From positions 497 to 64,496 of the forward strand of contig JAJYZJ010000002.1 in assembly GCA_021800035.1 (NCBI GenBank): a stretch of 64,000 nucleotides of DNA. The letters are read 5' to 3'. The stretch's first letter is position 1. Every line of letters starts with the position of its first letter. This document shows, piece after piece, positions 1-8,730 of the stretch. The notes beneath the pieces were generated by a model, which worked only from the letters and a program-made list of their open reading frames with translations, had not been told where the DNA came from and made no database searches. The translations under genes were made by a program, and so were the position numbers. Source of the stretch: an archaeon. Lineage in GTDB: Archaea; Thermoproteota; Thermoprotei_A; Marsarchaeales; Marsarchaeaceae.

Positions 1-1342
1 ACTTGCAGCCTATTCAAAACTCATTTTCATAGTATTCGATTTTGAACTTATGCCAGGAGTTCTCACGAATGTCGGAGTGAGCCCGGTTGCATCTGAACTA
101 ATAGTTTGGGCGATAACTCTCGGCTTTATCGGATGGACAATTCTAAATGTGCTTTTCGAGCAACGATTGCTGCGCGTCATTGGCCACATTCAGATTGCGC
201 TCACCGGAATAATGGTAGTAATTCTTCTAATCCAAGATGTTCTCCTTGGAGACCGTGGTTCATGGAACCTAACGGGTTTGCTAAATATCGGCGCACCTTC
301 GAGCTGGATTTTCGCGCTTGTGATAAATACTGGCTACCTCTATCTCCTCTTTTTCGGGTTTCAAGAGATCCAAGCGCTGGAGAGAGACGTGTTCGACTAC
401 TCGTCAGTTCCAGTAATATCCTGGATTTTACGAGGCTACAGGATGAAGAAAACGAATTATCTGGGCGTCACGATGGTGCTCAGCGTAATAATTGCGTCGG
501 TAATTAACATTCTCTACGGTGTCGCCGTCTTCAGTCTTCACCCAAACTATACCATGCTAGTGAAATCACAGATTCCGGCTCTCTATATCGCCTACAACTT
601 CTTGGGTGCAAAGCAAGAGTTACTTGTCGCGGTTGCATTTCTGCTCGCAACTATCACCACTTTCGTACCGTCTTTCCTTGCGGCATCGAGACATCTTGGG
701 GCCCTATCTGAAGACGGCTTTATGCCTGAATCATTTTCGCGCTACTCCTATCTGTTTACGCTCGTTGCAATTTTGATTCTCGCAGTAGGCAACGGTAACT
801 TTCTGATAGACATAACGGACTTCATTGTTCTCATAAGTCTTGGGGTGATTTCACTCTCACCCATATGGTTGCATCAGAAAAAATTGATTAAGTACACGCC
901 TAGAGATATCCTCCCACTAGTGGTCGGGTTGAGTTGTTTCGTGGCAGGAGGAGCAATTTATTTTGTTAGTCCGTCTGTTGCCATATTTGGAGGCGTATCG
1001 CTTGCATTCGCTTATCTGATTTACGACATTTACGAGTTGGGTACCTTTGGAATCGAGATGTTTATGCCTATCTTCAATGCCACAATTATCCTTCTGCTTA
1101 TTACCTTTGGACCGCAAATTGGTCCACAAGTTGGCGCGAGCCTAGGGGCCGGCATGACCCTCCCCGTAGTTCCTACCTCACTTCTCACTGGAGCCCTTGG
1201 ACTTTCAACAACATTAATTATTGTTAATTTCGTTGTCGATCTATCGCTTCTCAGACACGGCCGGACCCGAAGGACATCATTTCCCTATGAACGGGGGCCA
1301 TCCGCGCGCGACAGAACCCGTCTATTCAATAATATAGAATAG
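1..1342 (+). CDS. APC-superfamily amino acid/polyamine permease, 5' end probably outside window
   Basis: ORF 50-1342 is almost entirely hydrophobic helices (about 11 TM). The frame stays open back to base 2. The loop AASRHLGALSEDGFMPESF resembles the conserved APC cytoplasmic loop. Confidence 0.6.
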   Translation, partial: LAAYSKLIFIVFDFELMPGVLTNVGVSPVASELIVWAITLGFIGWTILNVLFEQRLLRVIGHIQIALTGIMVVILLIQDVLLGDRGSWNLTGLLNIGAPSSWIFALVINTGYLYLLFFGFQEIQALERDVFDYSSVPVISWILRGYRMKKTNYLGVTMVLSVIIASVINILYGVAVFSLHPNYTMLVKSQIPALYIAYNFLGAKQELLVAVAFLLATITTFVPSFLAASRHLGALSEDGFMPESFSRYSYLFTLVAILILAVGNGNFLIDITDFIVLISLGVISLSPIWLHQKKLIKYTPRDILPLVVGLSCFVAGGAIYFVSPSVAIFGGVSLAFAYLIYDIYELGTFGIEMFMPIFNATIILLLITFGPQIGPQVGASLGAGMTLPVVPTSLLTGALGLSTTLIIVNFVVDLSLLRHGRTRRTSFPYERGPSARDRTRLFNNIE

Positions 1343-1659
1343 AATAGATTGGACAGCGCCAGCTTGTAAACAGTCACCCAGTTCAGCCTGCGCCCGGGTT
1401 TGGCAGCAAGGAGCCCAACTGCTTTCCGAGAAAACCTTCTACGCTGCGCAGCGTGCGTCCAGATAAAAACTAGGAATTCTATATCCGAATTTGGCTTTCC
1501 GGTGACCCGAAAAATCCCTATTTTTGAATTCGCAGGTCAGAGTTACAGTCTCAAGTATTGCGCCAGTCTCTGATTGGGCCCCCTCAGTGAAGTTGCTCGT
1601 ACCTTCCATAAATTACCCTGTGCGCAGACGTTAATAGAAGGACAAAGAAAGCTGCACAG

Positions 1660-2244
1660 ATGGCTCCAAAGCATGACACGTTCAACTTTCTCCACGAAAC
1701 CCGAGACCTGATGATCCTTAGACGCTTTCCGACTATCAGGGGGCTACAAAACGAAAACGTAGCCGAACATTCTTATTATACTTCACTTTATGCCCTCCTT
1801 CTAGCAGATATGGAGGTAGAGAGCGGAAAGACTGTAGATTATGCCAAATTGCTCAGAATGTGTCTCATTCACGATATCGCTGAGGTTCGTATCAGCGATA
1901 TTCCTCGTCCGGTAAAGCATGCAAATCCTAGGGTAAACGAAGAAATGGATATACTTGCCGAGGAAGCTTATTCCTCGCTGGTAAGGTCTTTGCCTTCGTT
2001 TAGCTCAGAGAGATTCATGAAGTCTTGGAGAGACATGCGATCACGTACTTTTGAGTCAAAGCTGTACAAGGCGGCAGATCTTCTAGAAGCCCTAGTTTGG
2101 GTAGTGGAAGAGGACCTTATGGGCAGGCGCAATGCGAAGAGGCTAGGTGTTGCAGAACAACTAGTCCAAGAAATCACGAAGATTGGTCTCCCGAGCGCCA
2201 CCAAAATGGCATTTGACTTGTTGTCGGAAGTGAATAAGCCGTAG
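1660..2244 (+). CDS. HD-domain 5'-deoxynucleotidase (YfbR-like)
   Basis: ENVAEHSYY ... CLIHDIAEVRISDIPRPVKH gives the H..HD..D metal-ligand pattern. It aligns colinearly with E. coli YfbR as I recall it. Confidence 0.8.
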   Translation: MAPKHDTFNFLHETRDLMILRRFPTIRGLQNENVAEHSYYTSLYALLLADMEVESGKTVDYAKLLRMCLIHDIAEVRISDIPRPVKHANPRVNEEMDILAEEAYSSLVRSLPSFSSERFMKSWRDMRSRTFESKLYKAADLLEALVWVVEEDLMGRRNAKRLGVAEQLVQEITKIGLPSATKMAFDLLSEVNKP

Positions 2245-2504
2245 TTTCTCACTTCGCCAACTGGAATTGAGTGGTCGCCCGGGATAATTTTCGTGGTGAC
2301 GCTGTCCAGCTGAGCACTCGACCGTTCAATACCTGGGGTGAATTACGCAAGTGCAGCAGTGCCCGTGCACAAAAACAAAAGTTATTCCATTAGCTCTCTT
2401 GAGTTTCATTCAGAAGTCTATGACTCATTGTACGTATTGATTTTGTACTACGTTCACTACACTAATTACGTGTTACAGAGTGGTATTAATGAGAGGCGTT
2501 TAAG

Positions 2505-2672
2505 GTGCATCCTGTACTGAGGATAGGAGTTGGAATCGTTCTGATATTGGGATTGGGTTTCGCTTTCAAAAGCCTGTGGGTCGGAGACCTCGGTTATCCG
2601 CTGAACTATTTGCTCACAATTCTCTTTATGACGCCCATAGTCATCGCATTTGGTTATGCCCTTAAAGGCTAG
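2505..2672 (+). CDS. small two-helix membrane protein (hypothetical, below ORF-track cutoff)
   Basis: GTG-start 55-codon ORF read by hand: VHPVLRIGVGIVLILGLGFAFKSLWVGDLGYPLNYLLTILFMTPIVIAFGYALKG. It has two hydrophobic segments and no homology that I recognise. Confidence 0.25.
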   Translation: MHPVLRIGVGIVLILGLGFAFKSLWVGDLGYPLNYLLTILFMTPIVIAFGYALKG

Positions 2673-3498
2673 AAATCGGCTTAGTTCGTTCCCCCCCAAA
2701 GAGCCAGTAATAGTCTCTAATGACGATGTCCTCCTAGTGCTTGGGTTCGTGGCTCTATACGCTTGCCTGTGGAAACTCCTCGTCTGAGTATCTCAAAGAA
2801 TTTCAATCGTCCTTTCCAGCATGCGTGGGATAACCTGATACGGCAAATGTAATTCCTGGCGCTTTTAGAACGTGCGATTTGGCAGAGCTCGTTCGATTGC
2901 GCAGACGGCATAGCTTAGCCGGATCCCCTCTCTGGGAGCCTCACTGCTTTTTCCAAGGCGGCACCGTAGTGATTGTAGCGGAGCTCAGTCGTATTGTCTA
3001 GTTAAGCCACCAAGCTTGGCGGAAGGAGAAAAGCGCTGCGACCAAGCATGGCTCATAATTAGCCAGAAATAGTATATCAACAAACCGTTTAACTCCAGAC
3101 TCTGACACGTTTGCCTTGATGAACCGGCCTAGATGAACTAACTAGCCACTCGCTTACCCCGGAGCCAGGCGGACCAGTCCCTTCACCCAACCACTCAATA
3201 GCAGAGTATGGTACACTGGAAGTGAGAAACGTGTACGAATCTAGCTTTACGAAATACATGGACTAACCTGAGAATACAAACCCTAACTAAGCGCTAAAGG
3301 CAGCCTAGCAGACCTGCGGCAAGTGAATCCCAAGAGAGAATTGTCCTAGCGCCCCTTGCCAGGTACGAATCAATCGGCCGGTCAAGGCGGACTGCACGAA
3401 ATATAAGTCCCCCATGAAGCGAGCTCTCAACGTTCATGATTCTTCAGCGAGGTTGTAGAGGAATTGACGTTAAATCGGATACATATCACATAGTCCAG

Positions 3499-3774
3499 CT
3501 ATCCCCCCGCTACCGGAGGCATAATCACGAGTTGGGAACCATCTCTAATTTCGGTATCAAGCGCATCCACTCTCATCCCGTCTAAAAGTAAGACGAGTCT
3601 TCGACCCATCCCATCTTTCCTATCTTCAAGGACCAGATTCCATAACCGCGGCCTTAAATCGCGCAGGTGGGTGAAGAGATTTTCCAAATTTGAATTCGGT
3701 GGGAGCTCAACGATGTCCAAACTGGTTCCCACAGCCTCCCTTACGGAGGCGAAGTATCTTATGGTTACTTTCAC
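3499..3774 (-). CDS. MoaD/ThiS-family ubiquitin-like small protein (SAMP-like) ending in GG
   Basis: VKVTIRYFASVREAVG... start is typical of MoaD, and the C-terminus is ...VIMPPVAGG. The track ORF extends to a TTG at 3795, but GTG at 3774 gives the canonical MoaD N-terminus. Divergent from the E1-like gene. Confidence 0.8.
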   Translation of the reverse strand: MKVTIRYFASVREAVGTSLDIVELPPNSNLENLFTHLRDLRPRLWNLVLEDRKDGMGRRLVLLLDGMRVDALDTEIRDGSQLVIMPPVAGG

Positions 3775-3802
3775 TGGGCTCAGGAAACATTGCAAGGGTC
3801 AA

Positions 3803-3812
3803 ACTATTAAGT
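3803..3812. promoter_or_regulatory. TATA-like element (ACTATTAAGT) midway between divergent moaD-like and E1-like starts
   Basis: The strongest AT-rich element in the 65-nt spacer (a weaker CTTAATG sits at 3822-3828). Its centre is ~33 nt from GTG 3774 (minus) and ~33 nt from ATG 3840 (plus). Confidence 0.35.
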
Positions 3813-3839
3813 TGTGCCATCCCTTAATGCGGGCTTAAC

Positions 3840-4898
3840 ATGGTCGCAGGAGTGCCCAAGAGAGTCGGTCTTGATCAGCTACTGAGATATTCTAGGCAAA
3901 GCATTCTTCCCGAAATAGGAGAAAGGGGGCAGGACATGTTGTCGCGTGCCAGCGCGGCAATCTTCGGAATAGGCGGACTCGGTTCTCAAGCGGCCTTGAG
4001 CCTAGCTGCGCAGGGAGTTGGAGAGCTACATATTGTTGACCACGATATCGTTTCGATAACCGACCTTCATCGACAGCTTATTTATTCCGAAGCTGACCTT
4101 GGCTACGCAAAGGTCGAGGCAGCTGCATCTCGGCTGTCGGCAATGAACCCCGATGTGGAGGTGTATCCATACTGCAATTACGTAGACCTAGCCGTGGCTA
4201 CCGAAGTCGTAAAGAAATGCGATATAGTCTTAGAGTGCACTGACAATTTCCTTACAAAATACACGGTTAATAGAGCATGTGCGACCGAGCGCCGCAGACT
4301 GGTGTATGGAGCCGCATTGGGACAATATGGAAATGTTTCCCTGTTCTATCCGTGGCAGGAGCCATGTATAGAATGCCTTTTTCCTTCCTATGACGATAGT
4401 TCGCTAGAGTCCTGCGCCACCACAGGAGTACGAAGTGAACTTGTCCAAACTGTGGGTGCGATACAGAGCACTGAAGCCGTTAACGCGCTGCTAGATTCGC
4501 CGAAATTGCTGAATTCGTTGCTCTTTGTAGATTTTTCCAATTACTCACTAGAAAAGGTGGCGATTTTCGCAAACCCGAAGTGCCCTAGGATTGAGAACCG
4601 CCCGCTTGCCAGCTCTGACTCGACGTATATCGAGCTCTGTAGCAGAAATGGCTATCCGTTTCTTATGGTAAAGGTGCGAAAACCGACCACCGTAGAAGAT
4701 GCGATCAAGTCAGCAGAGCAAAGAGGACACGCCGCGAGGTTGCTGGGGAAGATGGTGATGCAAACAGAAGCCTACGGCTGCAGGTGCAGCTATACCGCAG
4801 GCGGAATTCTATTCATTGAGACTGGGCCGCAGCAGCTTAGTGCTAGAAAGTCTATAGACACGCTTGTAGGCGATTGCGTAGAAATTATCTCACCTTGA
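3840..4898 (+). CDS. ThiF/MoeB/UbaA-family E1-like adenylyltransferase with extra ~100-aa C-terminal domain
   Basis: Has the GIGGLGSQAA nucleotide loop, DHDIVSITDLHRQ, CIEC, and a crossover-loop Cys in ESCATTGV. A second CxxC is replaced by NPKCPRIE. Residues ~250-352 are unassigned. Confidence 0.85.
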   Translation: MVAGVPKRVGLDQLLRYSRQSILPEIGERGQDMLSRASAAIFGIGGLGSQAALSLAAQGVGELHIVDHDIVSITDLHRQLIYSEADLGYAKVEAAASRLSAMNPDVEVYPYCNYVDLAVATEVVKKCDIVLECTDNFLTKYTVNRACATERRRLVYGAALGQYGNVSLFYPWQEPCIECLFPSYDDSSLESCATTGVRSELVQTVGAIQSTEAVNALLDSPKLLNSLLFVDFSNYSLEKVAIFANPKCPRIENRPLASSDSTYIELCSRNGYPFLMVKVRKPTTVEDAIKSAEQRGHAARLLGKMVMQTEAYGCRCSYTAGGILFIETGPQQLSARKSIDTLVGDCVEIISP

Positions 4899-4906
4899 AA
4901 GCCCAT

Positions 4907-5350
4907 TCAGCTTTCACCCTCAATCCAGGTACTGGTTCCATCCTCATATACTTCTTGCTTCCATATGGCGGGTTCGGTCTTGTACCTGTGAATCGCTTCT
5001 TCTAAGGCAGTCAGTCCCTCCTTCCGCCCTGTAGAAGCTATTACTATGTGCACAAGCACCTCACCAGGGAAAAACTTTCCAACAAAATGATAGATTGCAG
5101 CGCGATTTAATTGATATTTCAGCGAAAGCTCTGAACATATCTTGGTTATTTGCTCGCTTGCAAGAGGATCATATGATTCCATAACAAGATAACTGACTTT
5201 CCTGCCATACTTGCTAAATCGTTTTACAAAACCTGTAAAACTGACGACAGAACCTGTTGTTCCGGCATCACTTCCCAGTGCAGCTGCAATAGGTGTTATA
5301 TCCAGTGATCCCTTTGTGTATATTCCCGGTGGAGGTACAGATGTTTGCAT
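4907..5350 (-). CDS. moaE: molybdopterin synthase catalytic subunit MoaE
   Basis: VVSFTGFVKRFSKYGRKVSYLVMESYDPLA ... VIASTGRKEGLTALEEAIHRYKTEPAIWKQEVY is the typical MoaE core. Confidence 0.85.
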   Translation of the reverse strand: MQTSVPPPGIYTKGSLDITPIAAALGSDAGTTGSVVSFTGFVKRFSKYGRKVSYLVMESYDPLASEQITKICSELSLKYQLNRAAIYHFVGKFFPGEVLVHIVIASTGRKEGLTALEEAIHRYKTEPAIWKQEVYEDGTSTWIEGES

Positions 5351-5383
5351 TGATGCTCACCAAAAGCGTGTTTTGAGCAGTAG

Positions 5384-5830
5384 CTAAGCCTGTTCGACGC
5401 CGCGTTTTATGCAATCGAAGAGGCCCTTGAGTATCTTGTCCGATGTGTTGCCAATAAATCTCGCACCTAGGCCAGCGAGAGGACCAGCAATCGTGATTGA
5501 AGCATTATACGATACTCTTACCGCACTCACCTCATCGCCAAAGGTGACTTTTGCGGAGCCGTCCATTCGGCCCCCGCCGCCCGAACCAGAGAGGCTCAAG
5601 TCGATTGCAGTCTTGGGGGTTCTGTTGATTCCCACTGAGAGTTTATAGGTATTCTTGATAAACCCAACCGCGACTTCAACATCGGCGTCGAAGTGATCCT
5701 GATCCTTTAAGCTAATGGCTTTGACTCCAGGAATACAATTCGCGACTCTACTCGTATCCGAGACAAATTCCCATATCCGGTCGAGACTTACGTTTACCAC
5801 TTCCGAACCGCTCAGCTCGACCATACGCAT
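5384..5830 (-). CDS. CoxG-family SRPBCC protein (carbon monoxide dehydrogenase subunit G-like)
   Basis: LDRIWEFVSDTSRVANCIPGVKAI..., a glycine-rich SGSGGGGRMDGSAKV and a C-terminal AGPLAGLGARFIG... are colinear with CoxG proteins. It sits 33 nt upstream of moaE on the same strand. Confidence 0.75.
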   Translation of the reverse strand: MRMVELSGSEVVNVSLDRIWEFVSDTSRVANCIPGVKAISLKDQDHFDADVEVAVGFIKNTYKLSVGINRTPKTAIDLSLSGSGGGGRMDGSAKVTFGDEVSAVRVSYNASITIAGPLAGLGARFIGNTSDKILKGLFDCIKRGVEQA

Positions 5831-6367
5831 TCGAGCGGATTCCCAGACTTAAGCCTTTTACCCCAGTTCCTCTTCGTGCCAGCGTTTGGACCCAACCCAT
5901 CAAACCTCGATTATTGTGCTGCAGCATTTTTGTAAAATTGCTACCTTGACAGGTTACTTCTGTATCCCTGAGCGCGTTGTCTTCCGTTGCCTTTCATAGC
6001 TCTTCAATACGACAGGGATCACATGGCTGGGTCTATCTAGTCCCAGGTGGGAGAGGCTAGAATATTCAAAACTAGAGCGAATCGTAATTTTCCATTTTGT
6101 CCGACTTATGCTCACGCCTTCAGAGAGCCATCGTTTGCACACTAGATCCCCATATTCCGCTACACGGACCAAATCTCTTGGGTGAAGAGCCATAGAGAAG
6201 AACCATGGACAAGACATCAGTATCACCCTGTGTAATAGCTCTGAAGACCAACAGAAACTCTCCAGCCATAAAGTGGTCGTTATCAGCTTTGGTGGCGTTG
6301 CACAACCGAAGCATCCAGTTTCGTGAGATAACGCTTATCTCAATGGACCAAGTAGGGCCTCGTTATA

Positions 6368-7249
6368 ATGTACCCGTCTAAGTTTGATTACGTTCGAGTT
6401 CAAAGTGTGGAAGAGGCAGTGCGTGTGCTGGGGGAGCATGGGGAAGAAGCCCGTGTTCTTGCCGGCGGTCACAGCTTAATACCACTAATGAAGTTAAGGG
6501 TACTAAGACCGAAATACCTGATAGATATTGGGGGGATCCAAGGTCTCAAGTATATCAGAAGAGATGGAAACACTCTCAGAATAGGAGCTCTGACCACATA
6601 CTTTGAGCTAGAAAATTCATCCGAAGTGAGTCGCACTCATCGAGTGATCGCCTCAGGAGCCTCAGTTGTGGGGGACCCCCAAGTGCGGAACTGGGGTACT
6701 ATTGGAGGTAGCTTGAGCCACTGTGACCCTTCAGGTGACATGGGCTCATGCGTGCTCGCCGCACGCGGATTAATGCATGTTAGAGGGCCATCGGGAACTA
6801 GGACGATTGAGTCGGATAACTGGTTCGTGGACACCTTTCAGAGCGCTCTTAAACAAGGTGAGATACTGGAGGAAATTGAATTTCAGGTGCCCCCGGGAAA
6901 GCTCGGAGGTGCATACCTTAAACTCGAACGGAAGTCCGGAGATTACGCGATAGTAGGTGTGGCTGTCTCGTTAGCCCTTGACTCGTCCGGAAAATGCAGC
7001 TACGCCGGTATAGGACTGACTTCTGTTGGGGGAACCAATGTGAGGGCGAAAAATGCCGAGAGCGCAATACTGGGTAAAGTTCCTTCCAAAGAAGTGATTT
7101 CTGTAGCGAGTGAAGAAGCATTCAAAGAAGTGACTCCCTCGGACGACCCCCTTCGGGGCTCAGCAGAATATAAAAAGGAAATGGTGAGAGTGTATGTTAG
7201 AAGGGGCTTAGAAAAAGCGCTCGAGGTCGCGAGGAATTCACAAATCTGA
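6368..7249 (+). CDS. FAD-binding (medium) subunit of a xanthine dehydrogenase/CO dehydrogenase-family molybdoenzyme (CoxM/CutM-like)
   Basis: N-terminus FDYVRVQSVEEAVRVLGEHGEEARVLAGGHSLIPLMKLRV and C-terminal SAEYKKEMVRVYVRRGL are hallmark CoxM/XdhB motifs. Confidence 0.85.
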   Translation: MYPSKFDYVRVQSVEEAVRVLGEHGEEARVLAGGHSLIPLMKLRVLRPKYLIDIGGIQGLKYIRRDGNTLRIGALTTYFELENSSEVSRTHRVIASGASVVGDPQVRNWGTIGGSLSHCDPSGDMGSCVLAARGLMHVRGPSGTRTIESDNWFVDTFQSALKQGEILEEIEFQVPPGKLGGAYLKLERKSGDYAIVGVAVSLALDSSGKCSYAGIGLTSVGGTNVRAKNAESAILGKVPSKEVISVASEEAFKEVTPSDDPLRGSAEYKKEMVRVYVRRGLEKALEVARNSQI

Positions 7250-7909
7250 TTTGCTGTCGGTCGGATCCAAACCCCCATCCTCGGTCTCAAGAGATTTGTC
7301 TGACTCAACGGCCTTTGGAACGCGCGAACCCAGCCAACTGTAAAGGTCGCTATCACCCCTCCTGGGATTGGAGGGAATAACAAGCCCCCGGGTCATGCGG
7401 CCCAACCCGAGAAAAATGCGGTTTCTTATGAGCTGCACAGACTTGATGTCGGTATACTTGACTACCCTTGTCCCAGTTCTCGATGAAACCGTTATCGCGT
7501 CTGCTCCGAAAGTGTAGCTCCGGCGAGATATTGCAGCAATCGATAGTGCCACTCCGACCATAATGAGTACGGCGAGCAAGGTTATAGGATTCGAAGACAG
7601 TCCAATGAGCACAACCGCGAATATCGCCCAAGTGACTACTGTAACAAGGCTCGGCAAAAGTGGAGAGTTGAGCCTTAAACCTTCGAACGACTCAGTTTGT
7701 TGTGCTTGAGCGGGTAGAGACTGAGATGGCGCATTCTGAGCCGAACTTGGATTTTCGGACTGAACTTCGGATGCCGTCAAAGTGGGGCGGCTGTCGGTCC
7801 GATAGGAACTGACGGGTTGTAACGAGGAGGTCCCGGCCAGCGCAGAACCGCAACTTACACAGGCGGCGGCAGAGTCAGGATTCTTCTTTCCGCAGACCGG
7901 GCACTTCAA
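7238..7909 (-). CDS. zinc-ribbon membrane protein with C-terminal bacterial-PH-like region
   Basis: MKCPVCGKKNPDSAAACVSCGSAL zinc ribbon, then an S/Q/P-rich linker, two TM helices, and a soluble tail (YTFGADAITVSSRTGTRVVKYTDIKSVQL). Confidence 0.6.
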   Translation of the reverse strand: MKCPVCGKKNPDSAAACVSCGSALAGTSSLQPVSSYRTDSRPTLTASEVQSENPSSAQNAPSQSLPAQAQQTESFEGLRLNSPLLPSLVTVVTWAIFAVVLIGLSSNPITLLAVLIMVGVALSIAAISRRSYTFGADAITVSSRTGTRVVKYTDIKSVQLIRNRIFLGLGRMTRGLVIPSNPRRGDSDLYSWLGSRVPKAVESDKSLETEDGGLDPTDSKSDL

Positions 7910-8042
7910 TATACTTCAAGTACACGGCTCCTCGGATAAATTTAATACTATCGTGAGTGATTTGGAGCGGTAATTTCATCTATTCTATAGTAAGGAATCG
8001 TAATCCTTTTCACTCTTCGGTCAATGGGCCCTTAGTTTACAC

Positions 8043-8711
8043 GTGGAACGCCGTAGTTTCCTGCATGTTCTCCGAATTCTAGACGGACGCTACAAACGAG
8101 ACTTGCCTGCTCACATTCGTGAAGATCCTTTCAGGACACTGATAGGTTGTCTTCTCTCAACCAGAACTCTTGATGAGAGGACGGATATCGCGTTTGCGGC
8201 CCTATTCTCACGCTATCCTACGCTTGAAAGCCTTCTAGATGCTAATCCGGAGGTCGTTAGGGAACTTATCAAACCTGTAAATTTTTACGCAACAAAAGCA
8301 AAGCGCGTACTGGAAGCTGCGTCATATATTTCAAAAGTACATGGTGGCAAAGTACCCCGTAGCAGGAAACTCCTGCTTGAAGTGCCCGGAATCGGGCCAA
8401 AGTGCGCTGACATCATATTGAATTACTCCTTTAGAAAGACAACAGTTGCGGTGGACACTCATGTTGAGGTGGTGTCGAAAAGGCTGGGAGTTTGCTCCCC
8501 TGAGGATTCTTATGACATTGCTAAGAACAAGATCGAAAGCCTAGCTACAAAAAGGTACCTTGGAAGGATTAACGACATCCTAGTTTGCTTCGGTAAGGAG
8601 TTCTGCAGGAAACGTGGTCCCCGGTGCGGTACATGTCCTGTATTCAAGTATTGCGAGTGGCCGGAGAAGTATAAAGTTGCGAAGCGAGATTCTGAGACGT
8701 CAAGGATTTAG
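8043..8711 (+). CDS. nth: endonuclease III (HhH-GPD DNA glycosylase/AP lyase with 4Fe-4S loop)
   Basis: Helix-hairpin-helix LLEVPGIGPKCADIIL, VDTHV, and the Cys cluster C-x6-C-x2-C-x5-C (CRKRGPRCGTCPVFKYC). Confidence 0.9.
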   Translation: MERRSFLHVLRILDGRYKRDLPAHIREDPFRTLIGCLLSTRTLDERTDIAFAALFSRYPTLESLLDANPEVVRELIKPVNFYATKAKRVLEAASYISKVHGGKVPRSRKLLLEVPGIGPKCADIILNYSFRKTTVAVDTHVEVVSKRLGVCSPEDSYDIAKNKIESLATKRYLGRINDILVCFGKEFCRKRGPRCGTCPVFKYCEWPEKYKVAKRDSETSRI

Positions 8712-8730
8712 GATTAAGAACAAGCATAAT

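Noticed and set aside
1441-1454. Perfect 14-bp palindrome ACGCTGCGCAGCGT between the permease and HD-domain genes
   Set aside because: It could be a hairpin terminator or an operator. However, a single 7-bp-arm palindrome is not statistically remarkable across ~8 kb of intergenic DNA, and archaeal termination relies on oligo-T rather than hairpins.
2911-3498. Possible RNase P RNA or SRP RNA in the ORF-free stretch
   Set aside because: I saw only fragmentary resemblances: GGCCTAGATGAA on the plus strand, and GGATCCGGCTAAGC and GGGTGAAGGGAC on the minus strand. They lie on opposite strands and in the wrong order for RNase P. There is no GGAAAGTCC-type P4 strand and no SRP GGAA/AGCA helix-8 motif. 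This needs a covariance-model scan before any call.
5954-6314. Two overlapping minus-strand ORFs (90 and 64 aa) that could be one frameshifted ~120-aa gene between coxG and coxM
   Set aside because: Neither piece nor the fused product carries a recognisable motif. In particular, there is no CoxS-type 2Fe-2S cysteine pattern. Kept only as part of the orphan-coxM observation.
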